NCBI RefSeq assembly: GCF_006345805.1
Contig: NC_043013.1
Location: forward strand, 51,212,001-51,276,000
Length of the DNA: 64,000 nt
Reading direction: 5' to 3'
From: Octopus sinensis
Taxonomy: Eukaryota
The number at the start of each line of letters is the position of its first letter. Position 1 is the stretch's first letter. Of the stretch, positions 28,786 to 43,276 are shown piece by piece. The notes under the pieces were generated by a model. It had not been told where the DNA came from, searched no databases, and was given only the letters and a program-made list of their open reading frames with translations. The translations under genes were made by a program, and so were the position numbers.

Positions 28786-29309
28786 TATTGAATTTAATTA
28801 GTTTAAAAACCATCCCATACCCTCAACCATCGACTACTTCCAGAACATTCCTCCGATTACTTCTCAGTACTAAACATCGAAAATCAACTTGATATTGAGA
28901 GAGAGAGAGAGAGAGAGAGAACAAAGAGAGAGAGAGAGAGAACAAAGAGAGAGAGAGAGAGTAAGAAGATAAGAGAGAGTATGAGCGATAGAGATACAAA
29001 GAGAGGTGGTGAGGAAGGAGAAGAAGAGAGAAATAAATATCTGATTTTGTTAAAAAACATATTAGATGACAATCCCTAATACTTATATCTTATGTCAGAT
29101 TTACTAGAATTTTAATCTAGAGGATTCAAGAGACGGGATTATAATTGGTCTGGAATGATGTCTATAGAAATTGAGAAGACATGCCAAATGCCAACTTGCT
29201 ATTTCTAGCGAAAAATAATTTTAAAATTTCTAAATATTCTATAATTTCAAATAAGCAGATTTGTATTCATAATATTGTTTTCAAATTTTAGCACAAGGCC
29301 ATCGATTCC

Positions 29310-29473
29310 TGAGAAGATGTAAATCGATTGCTTTGAACCACTACGCAGCTGGTACTTATTTTATCGAGCCTGAAAGAAAAGCAAGGTCGACCTCGGCGGA
29401 ATTTGAACTCAGAATCTACACTCAGTCGAAAAGCTGCTAAGTGTTTTGCTCAAGTCTTGCCAGCTCGTCGCCT
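29310..29473 (-). mobile_element. SINE family C
   Basis: GGTCGACCTCGGCGGAATTTGAACTCAGAA. Confidence 0.8.
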
Positions 29474-29489
29474 TCTTTGTCTCTGAAAT

Positions 29490-29932
29490 ATTCTCTCTTA
29501 CTCTTTTTCTTGTTTCAGTCATTTGACTGTGGCCATGCTGGAGCACCGTCTTTAGTCGAGCAAATCAACCCCAGGACTTATTCTTTGTAAGCCTAGTACT
29601 TATTCTATCGGTCTCCTTTTGCCAAACCGCTAAGTTACGGGAACATAAACACACCAGAATCGGTTGTCAAGTAATGTTAGGGGGACAAACACAGACACTC
29701 AAACATACACACACAAACATATACATACATGTGTATATATATATATATTATATATATATATATATATGCGACGGGCTTCTTTCAGTTTCCGTCTACCAAA
29801 TCCACTCACAAGGCTTTGGTCGGCCTGAGGCTATAGTAGAAATCATTTGCCCAAGGTGCCACGCAGTGGGACTGAACACGGAACCACGTGGTTTGTAGGC
29901 AAGCTATTTACCACGCAGCCACTCTTACGCCT
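29490..29932 (-). mobile_element. SINE family A, full length
   Basis: Full match. Confidence 0.9.
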
Positions 29933-30208
29933 ATACTGCGAAATAATATTTACAAAACTTTAAAAATTTTATCTTAAAATTTTATCATTGTAGATTTTTA
30001 TGTTGTACAGGTTCATACCGAAAGTTCCAGAATCGCCATCTTTTATGAAGAAGATAAGAGGGATATGTACGCTTGTTGTTTTATAGGAGTCATGAGAGGA
30101 AATGAGGAAGGAGGTTGGCAGCTAGTTATCTGGTTTGTCAGAAGGAGAGAACGGAGGTGGATTGTGGGGCAGAAGTGCCGGACATGAGCAATAAGTATAT
30201 TCAAGATC

Positions 30209-30900
30209 CAGGCATGATTTTGTGGTTAAGAGACTGGCATTGCAACCAATGTAGTTTTGAGTTTAGTCCCACTGCACGGTACCCTGCATAAGTGTCTTGT
30301 ACTATATCCCTTATTGGCTAGTGCCTTGTGAGTGAATTTGGTAAACGGAAACGCAGTGGAACTCATTCGTGTGTGTGTATATATATATATTATATATATA
30401 TATATATACATACACACACGTGTGTGCCATTAGCATGCTAGACGAAATGCTTGTGGGTAGTAAAGAAGTAGGTATTTCGTCTGCCGCTGCGTTCTGAGTT
30501 CAAATTCCGCCGAGGTCGACTGTGCCGTTCATCATTTCTGGATCGATTAAATAAGTACCAGTTGCGTACTGGGATCGATCTAATAGACTGCTCCCCCACC
30601 CAAAAAAAAATTCGAGCCTTGTGCCTAGAGTAGAAAAGAATATATACATGTGTGTGTATGTATGAAAGACCCCAACACAAGCGTAAAAAATAAGAACGAC
30701 TGTTCGTTCTCGTTTTTTTTACGTCCCTGTAACTTAGCGGTTTGGTGAAAGAAAACGATAGAGATTGTGGAAGATTAAAATCAAACAAACAAACAATAGA
30801 GCTAAATAAATAAATACTGATGGTAATTGGCCACAGTTCAATCGCTGAAACAAACGAAAGAAGAAAATATGTAACATAAAAGATAAATGGGAAGAGTGTC
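30209..30900 (+). mobile_element. Old family A copy with a family C copy (30430-30640) nested in its internal microsatellite
   Basis: A head 30209-30370, C body, A tail 30660-30900. Confidence 0.7.
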
Positions 30901-31294
30901 CGTCTTATGGATCTCAGTCTGCAATTCCATATATGACGTAGTTTTTCTATATTTAAAGAATGGTAAACTCCACCTCTTTCATAAATAAGAAATATGAAAC
31001 AGAATAACATTTCGAATTCCGAAATTATTTCACAGAATTATTTAAATGAGGAAAATTCTGGGAATATTCCAAGTAACAACCTACGACCAGACAATTCTAA
31101 CTGGGAAGGGAAACATTACGTATTCTCTAATAGTAATCGTTACTTGAAGATCATGAAATCTTAAGTACTTGTGTTTCGTAAAAGGTCTTAAGTACATCTA
31201 TTCTGTAAAAGAAAATGTACGCGGGAGTGTCACGAAATTGTGGCCACTACAGTTTTCTCCTCGATATTTATAAACGGATTTTATAGTAGCGTGC

Positions 31295-31960
31295 TGGCAG
31301 AATGTTTATCACGGTTGGCGAAATGTTTAACAGCATTTCGTCCGTCTTTACGTTCTGAGTTCAAATACCGCTGAGGTCGACTTTACCTTTCATCCTTTCG
31401 GGGTCGATTAAATAAGTACCAGTTACGCATTGGAGTCGATGTAATCGACTTAATCCTTTTGTCTGTCCTTGTTTGACTCCTATGTTTAGACCCCTGTGTG
31501 CAATAAAGAAATAAATATTTATAAAAGGATTTTAAAGTGGTGTGCTGGAAGAATAGTTAGCACGATGGGCGAAATGTTTAGCAGTATTTCGTCCGTCTTC
31601 GCATTCTGAGTTCAAATTCCGCCGAGGTCGACTTTGCCTTTCATCCTTTCGGGGTTCATAAAATAAGTACCAGTTGTGCTGGCCCAGTGCAAACATTTGA
31701 AATAAATATTTCTTAACGATTTTATTGTCACAATCGATTTTCATTCTGTAATTAACGTAGCTATAAATGATTTCAAATTTTGGTACAAGGTCAGGAAGCT
31801 CGAGGACTTCATCGACACCCCCTACTTGCTTTTCAACAGGTTCTTATATTTTATCGACCTAGAAAAGATGAAAAGCAAAGTCGATTCCGGCGACATTTGA
31901 ACACAGAACGTAAAGTCGAAAGGAACATCGCTAAATCCCTTCGTCCGGCATGTTAGCGAA
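31295..31960. mobile_element. Family C cluster (31295-31512 +, 31535-31680 +, 31775-31960 -)
   Basis: Three matches to family C. Confidence 0.8.
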
Positions 31961-32514
31961 ATAACTACAACGACTTGAACATGTAGCGCCGCGACAGTCG
32001 TTAACGTAAGGGAGATAATCATTCCGAGATAAATCTTAAACGATGATGGAGTAAGAAGTTTGAATTTTTAATTTACGAGGAACAATTGAGAAACTTGATG
32101 TAGAAACATGACAAAAACTAAACAAACGGCGGATCCATTTTCTCTTATGTAAAATTAAGTCTGAGTTCTAATGTACCAGAGTGACATGCAGTAACACAGC
32201 AGTGAAACATGAACCAGATAATATGAAAGCTCTTTTTCGATTTTAAAACCATGAAGCTGCGCAAAGGGTTTAGGGTTTGTAAGAGGTTGAAACATTTAGA
32301 AGAGTTGCGGAGGGGCAAATAAAATGGATCCGGGAAGAATGAAACAAAAAATATTAGTTAACTTTTTAGAAATATTATAGTTGTAGTGACTGTATCAAGT
32401 ATATTTTGCAACAAAAAAATTTAAAGTATATTTATGTACGTATATAAATGCATAGAACTTCCCCTGGCCTATATATGCAAATACCTCCTATATATGGCCT
32501 ATATATGCCTAGTG

Positions 32515-32860
32515 AGGGTGCATGGCTCAGTGGTCAGAGCGTCGGGCTCATAACTATGAGGTAGTGAGTTCGATTCCCGGACCGGGCTGTATGTTTTGTA
32601 CTTGAGCAAGATTATTTCGCATTGCCCCAGTTCACTTAGCTGTAGAAATGTGTTGTGACGTCACTGGTACCAAGCCTCTGCCTTTCACCTGGAATAACAT
32701 CTGTGGCCCAGAAATTGGGAAGCCGGTATGCACGGGTGACTGCCGCTCTTCTAAACACCTCCTGGCCTGGACTTGTGCCTATGAGGTTAACTTTAAAGGT
32801 GCAATCCCATGGTCATTCGTGACCAATCGTGATCTTTACCCTTTATCCTTCTTGCTATCG
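32515..32860 (+). mobile_element. SINE family D with tRNA-Met-like head
   Basis: TGGCTCAGTGG..AGAGCGTCGGGCT-CAT-AAC...GAGTTCGATTCC; runs into SINE body, anticodon stem broken, so not a tRNA gene. Confidence 0.7.
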
Positions 32861-32898
32861 TAATTTCTTCCTAGGAAACCGCATACCCACCTAGCTCA

Positions 32899-32935
32899 TT
32901 TTTCTGACGATAGACTAGTGTCCGAAACGTCAAAG
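32899..32935 (+). ncRNA. Minimal type-I hammerhead ribozyme, canonical core
   Basis: TTTT-CTGACGA-TA-GAC-TAGT-GTC-C-GAAAC-GTC-AAAG; GUC site; palindromic ACGT helix III; followed by a PLE-type tail stub. Confidence 0.65.
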
Positions 32936-34176
32936 CATTTTCCTTCCTTTTAAGCGTTAAAATAAAATATCTCAGTCACACCGTACGTTACTACGGAGCA
33001 AACCCCGACCCCGACAACCTCCACAGAAGTTGAACGTCCATAGAATGTTAGTACCGGATAAGAGTTAATTTACACTTCAACTTATGAAATTCCACAGGTA
33101 TTTTGAGAAGTCATTGGAAACAAGTACATCTTAAAGGACAGCTGTACTCTAAAATTAATCTGATTTTGAGCTGACTCTGCCAATTATTTTCACTTCTCGG
33201 TTGAAATGAGTTTCATAAGCATAATACTCCACGTAAAATCATAACCTTTTGGTCCTGCGTGTACACTTGAAAGATCGCGTATTTCCTTCGACTATACAAC
33301 TGGAGGGTGCCAATAAGGACGACCATTTTGTGTTTACGGTTTGCTGGTAATTCGCATAAACATCGTTATTTTCAGCCGTAAACATAAAACCATATGGCCG
33401 CCCACTTTGGTGTCTTCCAGAGTTATTGCCAAACGAATTCGCACCCACTGAACCGTACTTATCGGTTCAAAGCGCTCAAAATCACTTAACTTCTTGATTC
33501 ATTTGTAAATATAAGATTGCCAGCTCAAGTTCAGGTCTCAACATTTGATCACCAAAATAGCTGTTAGAAACAGCTTTCTCCAGTATGATATCTGTTGGTG
33601 TAATGCATAGAAACATGAGTACATATGTAAAGAAATTCTGGAACAATCTGGAAACATAACTAAATGTAAGCCTGTCGAACGGTTAGCCGACACTTATGAT
33701 TGTTTGAAATAAAATTGACAGTGGCACATGGACGATACAAGTTAGTGTTAAAGGTCAGGTTGTTTCAATGTCGACGTTATTGATTCAGTAACTGCACCGA
33801 ATTTGTTTATGAGATAAGACTTGTACACGCCAGCATAACTCTAAACATTTGTATTTGTTTGTAAAAGTCAGCCGACATTTTCGTGTAATGTTAATACACG
33901 CCAATACTTTGATAGTGAATATACATGTATACAGGGACGTAGAGGGGGTGGGAGGATAGAGAGTGCGGAGGAGGAGAGAGCGGAAGAGAGAGATAGAAAC
34001 ACATACATACATGTATGTGAGAGAGTGCGCGCATGGCTGCCTGGTTAAAATACATGCTACCCAACTCAGTTTAAGTGTATTTATATACACATATACACAC
34101 ACACATACACGCTTACACGCGCACGCACATACGCACTAACAAACAAGCACGTAGACAGACATAAACACACACACAC

Positions 34177-34220
<44 letters not shown>

Positions 34221-34314
34221 TACAAATATATTTGCATAAAACAAAAAACAAAGAATACTAAGAGAATAGACATACGTTCTTTCTCTACTGAGCGTATCCA
34301 ACTCATTTATCGTA

Positions 34315-34356
<42 letters not shown>

Positions 34357-34390
34357 CATGCACACATAAATATATACACATACATACACA

Positions 34391-35290
34391 CAGGGTGTTC
34401 AAAAAGTCTCTCCGCAATGAAACAAATCAGCCTCGGAAGTGCTCACACGTCAGTAAAAAAAAGAAATTATATTTCTTTCCATACAAAGTGCTGGTCATTC
34501 AAGAATTGAAGACTATGGATCAGGCTTAAAGGCTTCATTATTGTCATCGGTTCCAAAACTTTGTTGCCGAAAAGGCATAGAAGTGCTGGATGGGTGTTTT
34601 TACACCGATGAGGCTTGGTTTCAACTGTCAGGACACACAAAATCGCAAAACACAAGATTTTGGAGCATTGAGAATCCACACGCGACGCATGAGCAACCTC
34701 TGCATCCCGGAAAAGATGGAGTATGGATAGCAATTTCGAGAAAGCGTATTGTGGGACCGATATTTTTTGAAGACATCATTAACACTGAGAGATATTGCTA
34801 AAATTGTGTCTATCCATTTGTAGGCCAACTCACTGGCAGCGGAATTAATAATTCATACTTTCAGCAAAATGGAGCTAAATCACATACTTCGAGCATCACC
34901 ATGGTGCTACTTCAAGAGTTTTTCAGTGAACGGATTATTTCGGAAGGACTTCGGCCACTAAGATCACCTGATTTAACACAGCCAAACTTACTTTCTGGGG
35001 AGCAAGTAAAGGAACAGTGTACAAGAATCGCCTGAAAACCATTAATGAGCCAAAAGACGCAATCATAACCTTCACACGGTCCATACCGCATCAGACTCTC
35101 CAAGATGTATTTCAAAACACGTGTAGAAGAGTCAACTTGTGTATTGACAATGAAGGACGACACTTTCAACACCTCTTTAAAGCTTTTTAAAGACTTGTAA
35201 AGTCTAATATATTCTTTTGTAGTCTCATACCATCTTATAAATATTTTATTTTGCAATAAAATATTGCAGAGACACTTTTTGAACAGCCTG
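34391..35290 (+). mobile_element. Internally deleted Tc1/mariner-superfamily DNA transposon
   Basis: 28-bp TIRs (34391-34418, 35263-35290; 25/28 identical), TA on the right; decayed transposase inside. Confidence 0.9.
34450..35180 (+). pseudogene. Decayed DDD transposase, catalytic domain only
   Basis: YTDEAWFQLSG..QNTRFWS.ENP...PLH...VW...IVGPIFF; FQQ(N)GA; RSPDLT; C-terminal LCIDNEGRHFQHL; stop at 34799-34801, frameshift near 34990. Confidence 0.85.
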
Positions 35291-35504
35291 TATGTATATG
35301 TGTATGTATGTATGTATGTATATGTGTATGTATGTATGTATGTATGTATATGTGTATGTATGTATGTATGTGTATAAAATACACTCCTTAACTACGCGCT
35401 AAAAAGCTATTCAAAATATCCACATGACGTCTACTGACCAGCCTGAACAATAAGAATTTTCAACAACGCTATTTTCGAAAACTCCATACACCACCTACAC
35501 CAAA

Positions 35505-35770
35505 ATTCATTCTAAACATTCACGTGACCTCTCTATTATGACCACATTCACTTGACCTCTTTATTATGACCAATAAGAAATTTTAGGCGCGATACCAGCC
35601 AAATTTTAACATATCTGGAGCCTATTTTCTTAACCCAACACCAACTTCCATTCAAACATTCACGTGACCCCTTTATAATGACCAATCAAAATTGTATTGA
35701 CCATTGTCCACAAGAAATTTTAGGCGCGAAACCAAGCAAATCTTAAACAACTCTGGAGCCTCTTTTTTCA
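35505..35770. repeat. Degenerate tandem duplication, unit about 135-140 bp
   Basis: AAACATTCACGTGACC and AAGAAATTTTAGGCGCGA...CTGGAGCCT each occur twice. Confidence 0.75.
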
Positions 35771-36979
35771 CATATAAGAGACAGCAAACCCAACATAAAG
35801 TCAGATAAGAGAAAAAAATCAATCAGAAAGGAACTCTATCTCACTCAAAATATCTTTTGATAAGCATAACAAATGCGCAACCGGTAAACTCTTACTTTTT
35901 TTATTCTACACTGAAATCTGACATTGAACTTTTCCACAAAAAACTGTATATTACACGCTTTTACTAAATATCTTATTCTGAAACAGAACACTGTAAAATA
36001 CTCTTACTTTTTTTCTTATACACTGAATTCATTCACAAAAAATAAACATTGTATTCTAACCCAATTTTTCTCTTTTTTTTGTTTAAAAAAAGAACTTTCA
36101 CCTAATTAAATACACTCTCCCTTACTTAAATTATTTTGTCAGCATTTTCTTCATTTCCTTTTTTTATATATCACAACTCATGTTCCACATCTCCTTTTTT
36201 AAATATATATATATATATATATATGTCACCATTAGAGATAGGTTACAGCAACATACTATAAAATATTTCGTGATATTTTCAGCAATATACCTTCTTATAC
36301 GATCAACAGGAACCCACGTTGTCGTAATCGACGGAGTACTAGTGGAACTGTGGTGGGAACTTTTGTTTCTCAGACCCTTAACGTAACTAATTCCAAGAAA
36401 GAAAATTTATTGAGGGTGTAGAAATCGACGCACTACTTACAGGATTCGAACTCAGAGTGCAGAACTTAGAACCAGATAAAAAATACTGCCAGGCATTCTA
36501 TCCAACTCTGCCAATTCACCGCCTTCCTACTCGTTTGAACTTGCAAAAGTGTTCAGCGATGATAACACAAAAGAATGACCCAGGACGGCTGAAACGGAAT
36601 GCAGGCCGCAGCACGACGTCAACTCAGGCATTCCATTTGAGTTTGTCGATTCACTGTTTTGTTACTGGTTTGAACTTTCTGGAAGGGTTCAGCCATATTA
36701 ACAGAAAGCAATATAATACAAGTATCACTGAACTGTCTCGATATAACAAACAGGTGTCAAAATAACAGATAATACAGACGCGCCAGACGTGACGTAATGA
36801 CAAATATTTTCTAAACAAGTACTAAAAGACGAATCCAGCGTTAATGTCAGGCAGTAACTGACAACTTGAACAATGTTGGATATAAAATATTTTTCCCAAA
36901 TTGAAAGAAAATACAACAGAAATACATTAAAGAGAGAATGTTTAGAGATAATTATTTTAGTTTATTATTTCATTTTATT

Positions 36980-37820
36980 AAAGCGGCGGCCAAAATGTTT
37001 AGCGGCATTTCGTCCGTCTTTACGTTCTGGGTTCAAATTCCGCTGAGGTCGACCATTTTTTTTATCTTTTCGGGGTCGATAAAATCAGTACCTGTTTTGT
37101 ACTGGGGTCGATGTAATCGACTCTCCTCTCTTCCGAATTTCTGGCCTTGTACCTGTAGTAGAAAGGCTTATTTCGTTTTATTGCAAGGCGGTGATCTGGC
37201 AGAATCGTTAGCAATCCGGTCAAAACGTTCAGGAGAATTTCCTTGCGCTTTACGTTCTGAGTTCAAATCCCGTCGCGCTCGAATACGCATTTCATTCTTT
37301 CGGGGGTCGGTAAAATAAGTATCAGTTCAGCACTGGGGTCGCTGTAATCAAGTAGCCCACACCCTTCACAATTTTGGGTCCCCCTTGCCTATTAACAGAA
37401 ATGATCATTTCATTTCATTGTAAGGCGGCGAGCTAACAATCGTTATCACGCCGGACAAAATGTTTTGCAGTTTTTCTTCCAGCTTTACGTTTTGAGTTCA
37501 AACTCTGTCGAAGCAGACTTTTCCTTCTACATGATAGACAAGCTCTAGGGCTAATGTAACCGGCTTGGCCTCTTCTTCAAAATTTCGGGCCTTGTGCCTA
37601 TATCAGAAAGTATTCATTATATTGGTTTCAAATTTTGGCCCAAGGCCAGCAATTTCAGCGGAGGGATTAAGTCGATTACATTGATCGACCCCAATACTTA
37701 ACTTATCGACCTCGAAATGATGAAAGGCACAGTCAACCTCAGTGGAATTTGGGCTCAAAACGTAGAGAGACGAAATGGGGCAAAGCATTTTGCCCAACAT
37801 GGTAACGAATCTGCCAACTT
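36980..37820. mobile_element. Family C cluster (36980-37172 +, 37183-37400 +, 37422-37605 +, 37625-37820 -)
   Basis: Four matches to family C. Confidence 0.8.
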
Positions 37821-39169
37821 CCCAGTTCATCGAACCCTGGTTATGATGGAAAAGCACTGGCGAAGAGAAAATACCGTGACTCGGATTCGACCACGGAGTA
37901 TTGTAATTGCATAATGAACTTTTTAACTGCATACTACATAGCAACACATATGAAATTGCCCAGTGTGCTGCACATTGAGAACGAACCCGTAGTAAAGCGA
38001 TTGCTGAATGAATGTGAAAATCACAAAGTTATACAAAATTGCTTCAGGATCCCGCGCAGTGGGATCGATCCTGTAATAAACTGATTGCTAAATTACCTTC
38101 TTAAACCTTCTTAACCATACTGTAACGCACGCACCTGTGCTGTAATTAAAATATTTTCTTCGTCGCTTGAAGGGAGTTCCATCTCATTCAACTCTATTGC
38201 TTTTGCCATCATTGCTACTACAGCTGCCGATGCCGCTGTTACTGGCGTTAATATAAATATGTTAATGCGATAAACTACGTGATTCATATGAGCGTTTAGA
38301 AGTACAGCTGTAATTACTGCGTTAGCGCTAATGCAGGCGTCTGACTGTGTTTTTATCAGTGAAACATAACGGACTCCTGGTTTAATAAGCACCGTCGTGC
38401 ATTTAATAAGCACCATTCAAATGATATCATTCGTAGAAATGATGCGCAACAAAATTGTTACATTTTGACTTCATATAATTGATTTAAATATTAATTGGAA
38501 TATTTTACTTCGTTTTCAGACTTCAAAAGGATTTTTCAAGAGAACTTCATTAAGAGGAATTTCATAATGAAATACCTCCGGAATTGTACATACGCTGTTT
38601 AAAGAGTGTATAATGATACATACACATGACTAAATTTAGAGCCGGAAAACTGAAACGAACTACTGAAAAGTTTGATGTATCTTCCGCAATAAAACAGACG
38701 CGTTTCTGAAAATAAAACTAACACAAAACCACACGCGAGCGCACGCACATACTCACATGACATTCGTTTATATTCGTTAAACATACATGCACATATATAA
38801 ACTCAGATCTCATGCACTCCTTCCTTATATTACAAGATTGTTGAACTACCTACTTTTACAGAGGCTCATCACTGTGATAACTTTGAGGGAAGTATTCAGT
38901 GCAGAGTGTATATATTATTCCTTAAACATGCCCTGTTTATCAGGGCATGTGTAAGAAATAATATATACACACTGTATTGGCAAATTCATTTATACACACA
39001 TACATAAAGACAATTCCTTCTCTTCCACCTCTTTCTTACCATATCAAGCCGATAGACTCGCTTCTGCCAGGGCTTGTCACAATGATAGGTCTGGGGAAGT
39101 ACACAATACCTAGTGAATATAGTGCTTGCATATGCCCTGGTGTTATATCATCCGTCCAATGACATGCAT

Positions 39170-39545
39170 CACTGACACTCCGTCGGTTACGACGACAAGG
39201 GTTCCCAGTTGATCCAATCAACAGAATAGCCTGCTCGTTAAATTAACGAGCAAGTGGCTGAGCACTCCACAGACATGTGTACCGTGTACCTTAACGTAGC
39301 TCTGGGGGAGATTCAGCATGACAAGGCTGACCCTTGAGATACAGGTACAAAAGAAAGAGGAAGAAAGAATGAGATAAAGTTGTGGTGGAAGAGTACAGCA
39401 GGGTTCGCCACCACCCACTGCCGGAGCCTCGTGGAGCTTTAGTTGTTTTTACTCAATAAACACTCACAACGAACAGTCTGGGAATCGAAGCCGCGATCGT
39501 ACAACCGCGAGACCGCTGCCCTAACCACTGGGCCATTGCGACTCC
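39170..39545 (-). mobile_element. SINE family B, full length
   Basis: Reverse complement of family B. Confidence 0.88.
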
Positions 39546-39599
39546 ACAATACGAACATAGAGACACACGATCACACTTCCTTCCACTCCACATCTTCCT

Positions 39600-39876
39600 C
39601 ACACTACCAGATGGATAAACTAGCTTCATCCACAAAGGTTTGTCACTGTGACAGATCGAGGGAAGTTCTCAGTAAGCACCACATAATTGGTTGCACATCT
39701 CCTGTTCCAGGTCGCCAGGCCACAGACGACGCTGTCTTTGACTCCGACGATATTACTAAGTTTGAATGTTCGCTCCAGACACTCGAAATGCTAATGGCAA
39801 CTATCATGATGCTATCATAATTTTCGTGTGAGCACAGAATTTACTAGCCATGTCTCGAGGCCGTACAGAGCCACTG
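39600..39876 (-). pseudogene. Decayed LINE (RTE-like) RT fragment
   Basis: Minus VALYGLETWLVNSVLTRKL resembles the LLYGxETW motif after the RT core; multiple stops follow. Confidence 0.45.
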
Positions 39877-40199
39877 AAGAGAAAAGACGCACATACGTAT
39901 GCCACACGCAGTCACTCCTTACACGCATGCACACGGACGCCCGCGCACATATACACACACACGGATGTAGACCTCCCTTCCTCCCTCTCTTTCTCTCTGT
40001 ACCTCTGTACCTCTGTCATATTTATTTGATTATAATGGTGGTGATCCGGCAGAACCACAACCGCATAGTTGAAATACGTAAAAGAAATACACACATACAC
40101 GCATACATTCATACATATTGTATGTTTATACTGAGTACAGTAATTGATATATGTGTGCATATATATGTGTGTATATGTATATATATATATGTGTGTGTG

Positions 40200-40245
<46 letters not shown>

Positions 40246-40328
40246 CATACACATACGTAAAGACACACACAAACAGATATATGTATATATGTGTGTGTGT
40301 ATACACACACAAACACACACATATATAT

Positions 40329-40386
<58 letters not shown>

Positions 40387-41479
40387 CATATATATAAAGG
40401 TGGCTAGTCGTAGTCAAGGAGGAGTGAGGGAGGTGAGGGAGAACGAGAGGTGCACAAAATTCTCGCATAAAATTCTCATCATAACATGAAGCACATTGTT
40501 TGTGTATATGTGTGTGTGCATTTGTGTGTGCGTGCGTGTGTCTATCGCTTTTGTGTATCTGAGAAACTACACATATTGCCAGTTATCTAATTCAAGCACA
40601 AAATGAATAGATAAACTGTTATACCAGCTATTGTAACGCGGATAATTCTTACAAGTTATTTACAATCTGGTGCTAACATCTTGTATCAGGAAATAAATAC
40701 GCTATATAATAAAATAAGTCTAAATTGAATGTAATGCCAACGAAGAATAATTAACATTTACAAGTCTGAACATCGAGTAAAAGTTATCGTAAAGGCATTT
40801 CAACAAACGCAGACGATACATTCGCATAAAGCTGGAAACACATATATAAGTCAGGCTCATACGAAACAACATATTAATCTTGAAATAACGGAAATAATTT
40901 TCGATCGAAATTTCCAAGGAAAGTTCTTGCTAAGCAAACAGGTTGATTTATCAAGCTATCAACAATTATGTAACTAGTGTGAAATTTTATTTCTAAAGCT
41001 TGAAATCCATAAAGAATATATAGCGTTGAGTTACATAACTATAATATATATATTATATATATACATATAATATATATATGTATATATATATATATATTAT
41101 ATATATATATAATATATATGTATGTATGTATGTATATATATATCTGTATGGCATAAAAATATATTCCATTCAGAAATATCTTTTGAAAACCCATTATTAC
41201 TTCATAATGCGTAGGAGATTATGCATATATACATGTATGTATATATGCAATATACACGCATGTGTGTGTGTTTATGCGTATGCGTGTATACACATACATG
41301 CTTGCATGCATACATAATTTATAGATTCATGCGCGCGCGTGTGTGTTTGTAAACGTTTGTTTAAAAGCATTTTTACGTTTATATTCCCATTATTTTGACA
41401 TGCATGTATGATATATATGTGTGTGCGCGTGCATATATATATATGCATAAATTTATATAATATATATATATATATATAT

Positions 41480-41602
41480 AAATAAAAGTGTATGTATATA
41501 TGTATATGCATATATATGTGTGTGTGTGTATATATATATATGATATATAATATATATAAAAGTGTATGTATATATGTATATGCATATATGGTGTGTGCGT
41601 AA

Positions 41603-41633
<31 letters not shown>

Positions 41634-41674
41634 CGTGTGTATATATGTATATGCATATATGCGTGTGTGTGTAA

Positions 41675-41705
<31 letters not shown>

Positions 41706-41830
41706 CGTGTGTATATATGTATATGCATATATGTGCATATATATATATATATATATGTATATGCATATATGTGCATATATATATATATGCATATATATGC
41801 ATATATATATATATATATATATATATTACT
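41480..41830. repeat. About 65-80-bp minisatellite units built on (TA)n/(TG)n
   Basis: AAAAG(C)GTGT..TATATATGTATATGCATATAT recurs 4 times. Confidence 0.75.
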
Positions 41831-42339
41831 CACGTACATGCACGCACACACTAATTTCACATTGTGAACAAATCGCTTGGGGATAAAGAATTTTTCTGTT
41901 GCTCTTTGTTGCCCCCCCCCATTCCTTTTGCACAAATACACGCAGCTACTCAATCAACATTAACCTGGAAATGTATGATATGCCACATAACAAATCCCAT
42001 CGATATAAACATGCACACAAAGTCACTCTTAAATATTTATAGCTCTTTGTATATATCTACTTCGGTAAATTCACGAAATACAAAGAGGATATTTCTACGC
42101 AAACATATGCATCGCTATTGACATGTACACCTACGTTTATATCGATTATTCTACATATAACTATAATATAATTAGCTATCAAACTGAACATATAGAGAAA
42201 AGATATTAGTATATTTTGACTTACATAATACGCAGATATCAGATTTTCAGTGTAAAAAATATCTGAAATGTAAAAGTGTACGCACACATATAAACATAAA
42301 ATTATCTAATTTATTTATGTGTATGCATGTGTGTGTATA

Positions 42340-42399
<60 letters not shown>

Positions 42400-42493
42400 A
42401 ATAAAAGTTCACCTTAAAATGTTGTGGTCCCCTATGAATTTGTAATATACGTTATATGTATGTATGTATGTATCTATGTATGTATGTATGTAT

Positions 42494-42870
42494 AGTTGAA
42501 ATTTAGAGAAAAACACAAGAAAAATATAGTTCTATGAACAACAAGGAAATGTATTAGTTTGATGCTCGGGAAAATGGAAAGGTCGTTTACCTTTCGAGTC
42601 TATGATCTTCAACAGAAAGGAATAAGAGAAAATAAAGAGAGAGAGAATGAAAACTTATAGGTTTCAGCCGCCCAACATGGCGAATGAGTGGAAAGAAAGG
42701 GAGATAATGATAAGAAAATAGACCATGTCCCTGCCGTAAGGCTTTACTTCCACACACGCCAACTTAATTTTATGCGTTCTTAGTTGAAAGACACCCGTTG
42801 TTATGTCCTGTTTATTGCATTTGTATTTGTGTAACATTCCTGTTTTTTTCCGTCCTATTTTCATATACAT
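42494..42870 (-). mobile_element. PLE terminal repeat (pLTR) fragment, diverged relative of 44690-44935
   Basis: Shares CTTTCTGTTGAAGA..CTCGAAA, GAGC..ACTAATACA and TCGCCATGTTG with the plus-strand terminus. Confidence 0.6.
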
Positions 42871-43276
42871 TCGCTGCTTTCTTCCAAGGAATCTAGTGCT
42901 CTTAGCTTAGTTTTTCCTTTGGGATGGCCAGATTGGAGCAATCTCGAGTATAACCAGCCGAAATTGCAAAGATAATCTGGAACTCGACTGAGGATAGAAA
43001 ACTCTGAATGACCTGTCCTTGTTTTCTTTGTATCGTCTGTCTGGATGTTTTATTGTCCCTTTTCAATATCACCTAACTGTCTGGATGTTTTGCGTTCTTG
43101 TCCCATTTTTGTATTTTTTATATGTATACGTTTTATTTATTATCATCGGTATATTTTTTTATATTTAATCCTACTATAATATGTAATTTTCTAGATGGTA
43201 TAATTTGATTTTTCATTACTGAATTAATAAAAGGTGGGTTTTTTTATAATTTATATATATGAATATATATGTATAA

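Noticed and set aside
33060-33480. Stop-poor minus frame (RIRLAITLEDTKVGGHMVYVYG...)
   Set aside because: No recognisable motif and in-frame stops; unsupported without a homology search
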